From assembly GCF_009914755.1 (NCBI RefSeq), contig NC_060944.1: 64,000 nucleotides of DNA. One strand, 5' to 3'. The notes under the pieces were generated by a model. It searched no databases and was not told the DNA's origin. It saw only the letters and a program-made list of their open reading frames with translations. The stretch comes from the human T2T-CHM13v2.0 reference genome, Homo sapiens. The number at the start of each line of letters is the position of its first letter. The first letter of the stretch is position 1. This document shows positions 57,811-64,000 of this stretch, piece by piece. Both the position numbers and the translations under genes were made by a program.

Positions 57811-59449
57811 CCCTAGAACATTTCCAGCACCTCAGAAGTTTCTCTCGTGCCCTGTTCCTGCCAGTATCCTCCAAACTTAACTCCTCTTCTGGCCTCCATT
57901 ACCGCAGGTTAGTTTGGTTATCTTTAGTTTAAATTTATTGTGATTGAAAAACATATTTTAGTTTTTTAGATCTGGTGCTTTATTTGTATGAATAATATGA
58001 AAGCAATTAAGAAATAACCCCATAGCTGTGCACAAAAAAACTCAGTATCTTACTTTACTATTGTTATTATCATTGACATTATTATTTCAAATACTTACTA
58101 GTTCTCACTTGGCAGTAATTAATTTTTGAAATATCCATTGAGAGCTACCAACTCACATACATAATTCACACACACACAATTCAGATAAAAATATAACCTT
58201 CAACTTATCCAGTATTCATTTAAAATAATATAGAGACAGAACTTTCTAATAATCTATAATTCTTATAAAACATATCTGATATTTGAATGTATACAATTGG
58301 TTTTATGCCTTTTCCCACTTATGAGGTTGAAAAATCCTGATGACAATGATTATTTAAGATCTGACAAAATACAGAAAACTGTTTTGTACATAGCACCTGT
58401 CCAGGGCTCACTCATGGAAAGCAGACGATAAATGAGGGTTCTGAAATAAGTACTAATTTAAATGCTTGTTTTGAAATGAATGTTAATGGGAAGTCATATT
58501 ATTGCTGTTCCATAGATTGATGTAATCACATGTATTTCCTGCCTTTTATAATATTTATTACCCACTAAATTATTGCTACAAAAAGTAGCCAGTATACAAA
58601 CTGTTTGTTCTGATCCATGACAAGACAAGGAATCCGCACAAGGATGTAAATCAATTCATTGCTTCCTTCATCAGGAAAGTCTTATGTGAGAGAAGCATCA
58701 GCTGGACTACAGTTTAACTGGACTGGACAGGGTGTTGAATGATTTACATGGTAGCCCAAGTTCCATATCTCCTTGCTGACCAGTAACACTCAGTTTGCAG
58801 ATGGCACACGTCCTCAGGCCAGATTTTGAGCGTCACTGCCTTACGTTATCAGCTCTTAAAAGCTGCATTTCATTAAGACAAATTATCCAAACATTATTCA
58901 GTTCTGACTTCTCAGTGTTTTATAGATCCTGGCTGTTTAGTAAATATCCAATAAAATATTTTAAGTAAATAAATTGTTGTTGAGCCACATAGATCTTCAG
59001 TTATTGAGTGCATCACCCTTTTTCATTTATGGCCTAAACATTCTACCAGAGGGAAATTACTACTCTCTTGGTGGCAGCAAATGTTTGCCTCCCTGACACC
59101 TCCTAACACGTACAAGCAGTATGATCAGACTCAACAGAAATATTGTTAAATAGTCTAATTCTATTTAACACAACTCTGCTTTAAGATAAAAGTGACATCA
59201 TTTTAAACAGACAGCATGAAGCATAACATTGACGAAGGAGGCTCTAATTTTAAAATTATAGTAATGATTTTTTAAATTAATAAAAGAAGAATTGGAAAGC
59301 CAATGCAACAAAACTTTTAAATCCTTCTAAATAAATCCTCTCAATATTTGGGTGGTACTGGGCAACATAATTGTATAAAGCACTATGTATTTGACGAAAT
59401 ACAACTACTCATTATATGGTACTCAAAATGGTTAGCATTTTCTGTTGGA

Positions 59450-59970
59450 GTGAGTTAGTCATGGTTTTTATGTATAAGCAACCAAAAGTTACCTTGCTTT
59501 CTGGAAGAATAAAGTAATTTATGAAATTTATTGAAAGGATAACAGATAGCTCACAGTGTTGCCTAAAGAATAAGGAAGGACCAAAAGAAGCTACAGCAGC
59601 AGTAGATTCTATGACTAGAATTCCACCCCAACCTGCCCAATGAGGATACATATGTGCTATTAAGGGCCATGATCGCTTACACTGTAACCACCATGAGTAC
59701 TGATGATAGTTCCTACCATCCCTATGGTCCCAATTGATACCACCTCCACCAATAAAATGGATTCTCTCCTGCTCCACTTCTTTACATTATAGTCTAGAGT
59801 AGGTTTATCTGATTTCCCAAGCCCAGGCCACATGTCTGTGCCCTAGCTACCAAGAAAGTTGACAGTGTATGGCATTTTTGGCTTCTGCAGTCTCCCAAAA
59901 CAAGTTCTCCCAGCTAGAAAAGAGATTGTAGATATTTGGTAGCTTCCCAAAATTACAAATGTGCACTGCA
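59450..59970 (-). mobile_element. Old MLT1 LTR
   Basis: gcccaggccacatgtctgtgccctagct; taagcaacca. Confidence 0.5.
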
Positions 59971-60779
59971 ATGTGTTTCCAAATTAGTCATGCTAAGAGA
60001 TTATATGAATAATTACTACTGTATAGATATAAATCATTACTAATGTATACAGAATCTATGAGGTAAAAGGTCCTCTAGTGTCTTTGAAACACTATGTCTT
60101 ATTCAAAATGTAGTCTTATGACTCAAAATATTTTAACACAAACACATTTAGATGCTTTCCATCTCGGGAGAAGCTTTGCAATATTCAAATTCCTCCTCCA
60201 TTTCTCTCCCTCACAATGTATTTCCCAAGGCCATCATCTAATTAACAATCACAAAGATTCCTACAATACAACTGTCTTTGAAACGACTGGTTTCTTCATT
60301 AGCTTGCTTCTCTCTCCTCATCTCTTCTGATTAGCAGCTGATAAAAGGAAATCAAAAGCACCTGATACCCATTTTTCATGATGGAGAGATTTCATTTCTC
60401 TCTGAAGCATGAATAAAATTCAATTTTATAGTACTTTCTTCTCCATTTGGAAAACGAGGCTCTGAACACTGAGGCCTTTATCTAGCAAAGACCCCTTTCT
60501 GAAAATGTTTGCTTACGTTGTATCAAGTAAGCAATGGACTAATACATTTCTTTTGTAAGAGTCATCACTATATACACAGCATCAAAGGCATCTACCTTTA
60601 ATTCCTTGGACCATATCAATTCTATTTCCATAACAAAAGATCATTTGTCATGATTAATACTTATGATGTGTAACTGGGTATGTTGCTATGAAAATATGGA
60701 AATAAAAAACCCATTTTAAAAGGAAAGGTTACAAGGATTCCTGTTTTGTTTTTAGTAAAAAATTCATGTAGGGAGTCTG

Positions 60780-61420
60780 CTCTGTAAGATATCAACAAAC
60801 ATTTACTTAGCAACTAATATGTGCAATGATGTGCATAATCAGACGCTGTGTTTTTCTTTTTTGTAAATGACCAAACCTCGTGAGATAGATATTGCCTTTG
60901 ACTTTATGAAGCACACATCTGGTGGAAGAGATTGGCAATAACGTGTAAATTAACAAACTGAACAGTATTATGAAGGAAGTACACAAAGCTACACAGCGGA
61001 AAGTAATCAGGGGAGTCCTGCTTGACATAGGTGACTAAGGAAGATGTGGTTGTATGAAAAGAAATAAATCATATGAAAAATTGCAGAAGCCACAAGCCAG
61101 AGGCAGGGTCAAGCAATCACAAAGTCCTTGAAACAGAAGGGGTTTGATAGGTTCCAGGACTTCTAAGGACACAGGTAAGGCTAGAACTGGGCAAGGGGCA
61201 GATCACTGTGGCAACTCTTAGACCTCAGAAAGGAGCATAGATTTATTCTAAGAGCAAGAGGAAAAAACTTATTTATATTTTCAAAAAATCATCATGCCTG
61301 CTGTGTGAAGAACGGATTAGGGATGGCCAAGAGTGGAAGTAGGGAGATAAGTTACGGAGTTACTGTGGTCTACCAGGGGAGAGATAATGGTGGCTTGGAT
61401 TAGCAGTGGTAAGAGGTAGA
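60780..61420 (-). mobile_element. L2
   Basis: tcaacaaacatttacttagca; gtctaccaggggagagataatggtggcttgga. Confidence 0.7.
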
Positions 61421-61557
61421 TTTAACGATATGATAAATTTTTGAGGTGGTATATATCCTATTACTCTGATTTGATCATTACACATTGTATATATGCATCA
61501 AAATATCACACATAGCCCATAAATATGTACTTATCAATTTAAAAAATTTAAAAATAA
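61420..61557 (+). mobile_element. L1MA 3' end
   Basis: tttgatcattacacattgtata..catcaaaatatcacac..cccataaatatgtac. Confidence 0.8.
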
Positions 61558-61624
61558 GACTAAGGAAATTGAATGATAAAATATGTAAGAATTACTGATT
61601 TAATATGGGGAATCAGCGTGAGGC

Positions 61625-62140
61625 AGACTGTAAAAATGACCACATTTTGCCATCCTTCCTTGTATCCAAGCCCTTGCAATGTGACTTCACAACCCCTCTC
61701 ATCAAGAGGTGGAGCTGTTGTCCCCATGACTTGAATCTAGGCTTGGCTATGTGACTTGCTTTGACCAATTGAAGGAGGCAGAAGCACGCCAAAAGTTCTG
61801 AGGCTAGGCTTCAAGAAGGCTTGCAGCTTCCACCCTCACTTGGAACCCTGTCACTGGCATGAGAACAAGTCTTCTGCAATATGACAGACTACACAGAAAG
61901 TGGCCTCAGTTATCCTAGAAGTTCCAGCCATCCTAGAAGAGGGCAACCCAGACCAGCCAACCCCAAGCTGATCTCCAGCAGACCTCACACACATGAGCCA
62001 ACCAGCTGGCAGCAACCTAGCTCAGCCTAGATGCACAATAATTCCCCAGACGACCTGGAGACCAATAAGTGACATAAATGCTTGTTCTAAATTGCTAAAT
62101 TTTGAAGTTGTGTGTTACATAGCAATAATCTATTGTTACA
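61625..62140 (+). mobile_element. MLT1 (G/H-like) LTR
   Basis: ttgcaatgtgacttc..catcaagaggtggag; tgtgacttgctttgaccaat; gttacatagcaata. Confidence 0.8.
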
Positions 62141-62689
62141 GTGGGAAAGTAAAGAATCAAGTATGTTTACACTATGTAACTTATAAAAGTGCAATACCCT
62201 ACTCAAGAAAGTTTGCATTTGTTTTTTTGATTAAGATTTATTATCATCAAAAAAGGCCATGCTACTCGAGCATATAGTATAATGTATTGTTTGAGGTTGG
62301 GTCTATATTAACAGCTATGACCATGAACTATATGATAAATTCCTATTCTTTAAGCTTCACATTAATAATGCCAAGTAAGAATGCAGGAGTGTATATAGAG
62401 TTTCACAGAGGAGTATTTTTTTCTTAATTCTTGGGGCCAATTAACATACAATTTTCCACTTCTTATGTTACCAAGAAGGACATTATACATACACACACAA
62501 TCACTCATACTCATATCCCTCTCCTAATCCCATCATTGTATGAAATGTGATAGCCCATAAAGGGAAATCCTAATCAAAAAGCTAACAAAGAGCAAAATAT
62601 ATTTCTTATGTTTTGCCAAAGCCTACTGAAAACACAATCCCAAATAGGTGCTCATCTGTAGACTGTTGTATAAGAAAGAACACTGGAGG

Positions 62690-62932
62690 AAGACCAGAGA
62701 GACAAAGCAGAATACCAGAATATCTCTGATGGCATTTAAGCTCCAGAGCTCCTCATGGATCAAGCTGAGGCTAGACTTCACCTGAGCCCTTATTTTGTGC
62801 TTGGCTTCTCCTCCTGCCTATCCAGTTTCCCTCACTCTTTTACAGCTTTCTCCAGAGAGCATTCCCTCAATAAGTCATTTGCACAAAGAATCTCCATCTC
62901 AGGTCTGCATCCAAGGGCTCCTACCTAAGATG
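62690..62932 (+). mobile_element. ERVL LTR 3' part (LTR16-like)
   Basis: ccctcaataagtcatttgcaca..catctcaggtctgc..acctaaga. Confidence 0.55.
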
Positions 62933-63067
62933 CCTTTTTGCAAAGTTTGATACTTAAGACTCCAATCAATTCTCCCCTTCCCATATCTTTCCAGAAAGTT
63001 TCATTTTGCTTAAGATAGTCAGCATCAGTTTTTACTTTGTTGGTAACCACTGAAAATTAGGAAATAA

Positions 63068-63780
63068 TGTAACTGCCCAGTGAGTTCATTTTGCCCACTG
63101 CCCAGATATTAATACAACTGTGGATTTATCAAGACAGGGGAATTGCAATAAAGAAAAACTTTAATTCACCTTATTGCTACTTAAATTGGTCTCCCCCAGA
63201 ATTTGGAGACTGGGTTTTCTTAAGGATGATTTGGTGGGTAGGGGGCCAGGGAGTGGAGAGTACTGATTGGTCGGGTCAGAGATGAAATTACAGGGCATCA
63301 AAACTGTCCTCTTCTGTTGAGTCCATTCCTGGGTGGGGCCATGAGACCAGATGAACTAATTTACTGATTTGGGTGGTGCCAGGTGATCCATTGAGTGCAA
63401 GGTCTGAAAAATATCTTGAGCACCAGTCTTAGGTTTGACAATAGAGATGTTTTATCCCTAGGAGCAATTGGGGAGGTTTAGAATCTTGTGGTCTCTAGCT
63501 GCATGACTCCTAAACCATAATTTCTAATCTTGTCGTTAATTTGTTAGTCCTACAAAGGCAGTCTGGTTCATAGGCAAGAAGGGGTTTTGTTTCAGAAAAG
63601 CATTGTTATCATGTTTCTTTCAAAGTTAGACTATAAACTAAGTTCCTCCCAAAGTTAGGGCTGTGCCCAGGAATGAACAAGGACAGTTTGGAGGTTATAA
63701 GCAAGATGGAGTTGGTTAGGTCAGATTTCTTTCACTGTCACAATTTTCTCCCTGTTATAATTTTTGCAAAGGCAGTTTCA
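63068..63780 (-). mobile_element. LTR8-family (LTR8A/B-like) ERV1 solo LTR
   Basis: Reverse complement begins tgaaactgcctttgcaaaaattataac; TG...CA ends; 4-bp TSD ataa. Confidence 0.9.
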
Positions 63781-64000
63781 ATAAGTTGTATAGAAAGGAA
63801 CTCAACTACCTTTGTCTATCGGGAAATGTCTTTAAAAAGTTTCAAGAGGCAATATATCTCAGGAAATTAAATCTGTGAAAATAAAACATATGATTTTAAG
63901 GATTGCATCAGCTGACCAAATGTGATGTGTTAACGAAGATGTTTAAAAAGTAAATGTAATCTTTTCAATTACAGTTACATTAGCATGATTTCAATAGCCA

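Overview
Non-coding, AT-rich, CpG-depleted primate DNA, most likely human: a 46-bp L1 3' end at 25,015 carries the L1HS-type TTAGAGTATAAT. It looks like a long intron or gene desert. I see no CpG island, no recognisable host exon and no RNA gene, and I could not identify the locus. Roughly half is interspersed repeat: about 16 Alus, young and old L1s, L2/MIR, MaLR/ERVL/ERV1 LTRs and hAT/Tigger DNA-transposon fossils. Subfamily names come from remembered consensus sequences, not from a search. Nearly all ORFs in the track are chance or repeat-derived; the exception is an L1 ORF2 reverse-transcriptase fragment (55,616-56,947). Main observations: (1) at 55.2-57.8 kb, a 392-bp tandem duplication whose second copy holds a poly(A)-less internal L1 fragment, which fuses host sequence in frame to the RT; (2) a hand-assembled, unproven 4-exon GT-AG chain that stays in frame into that RT; (3) a tiny L1HS insertion with a TSD beside an L1PA carrying a probable 3' transduction; (4) several templated-insertion or fold-back scars (31.25, 40.0, 27.0 and 19.5 kb); (5) a probable ancient twin-priming inversion in an L1MC element.
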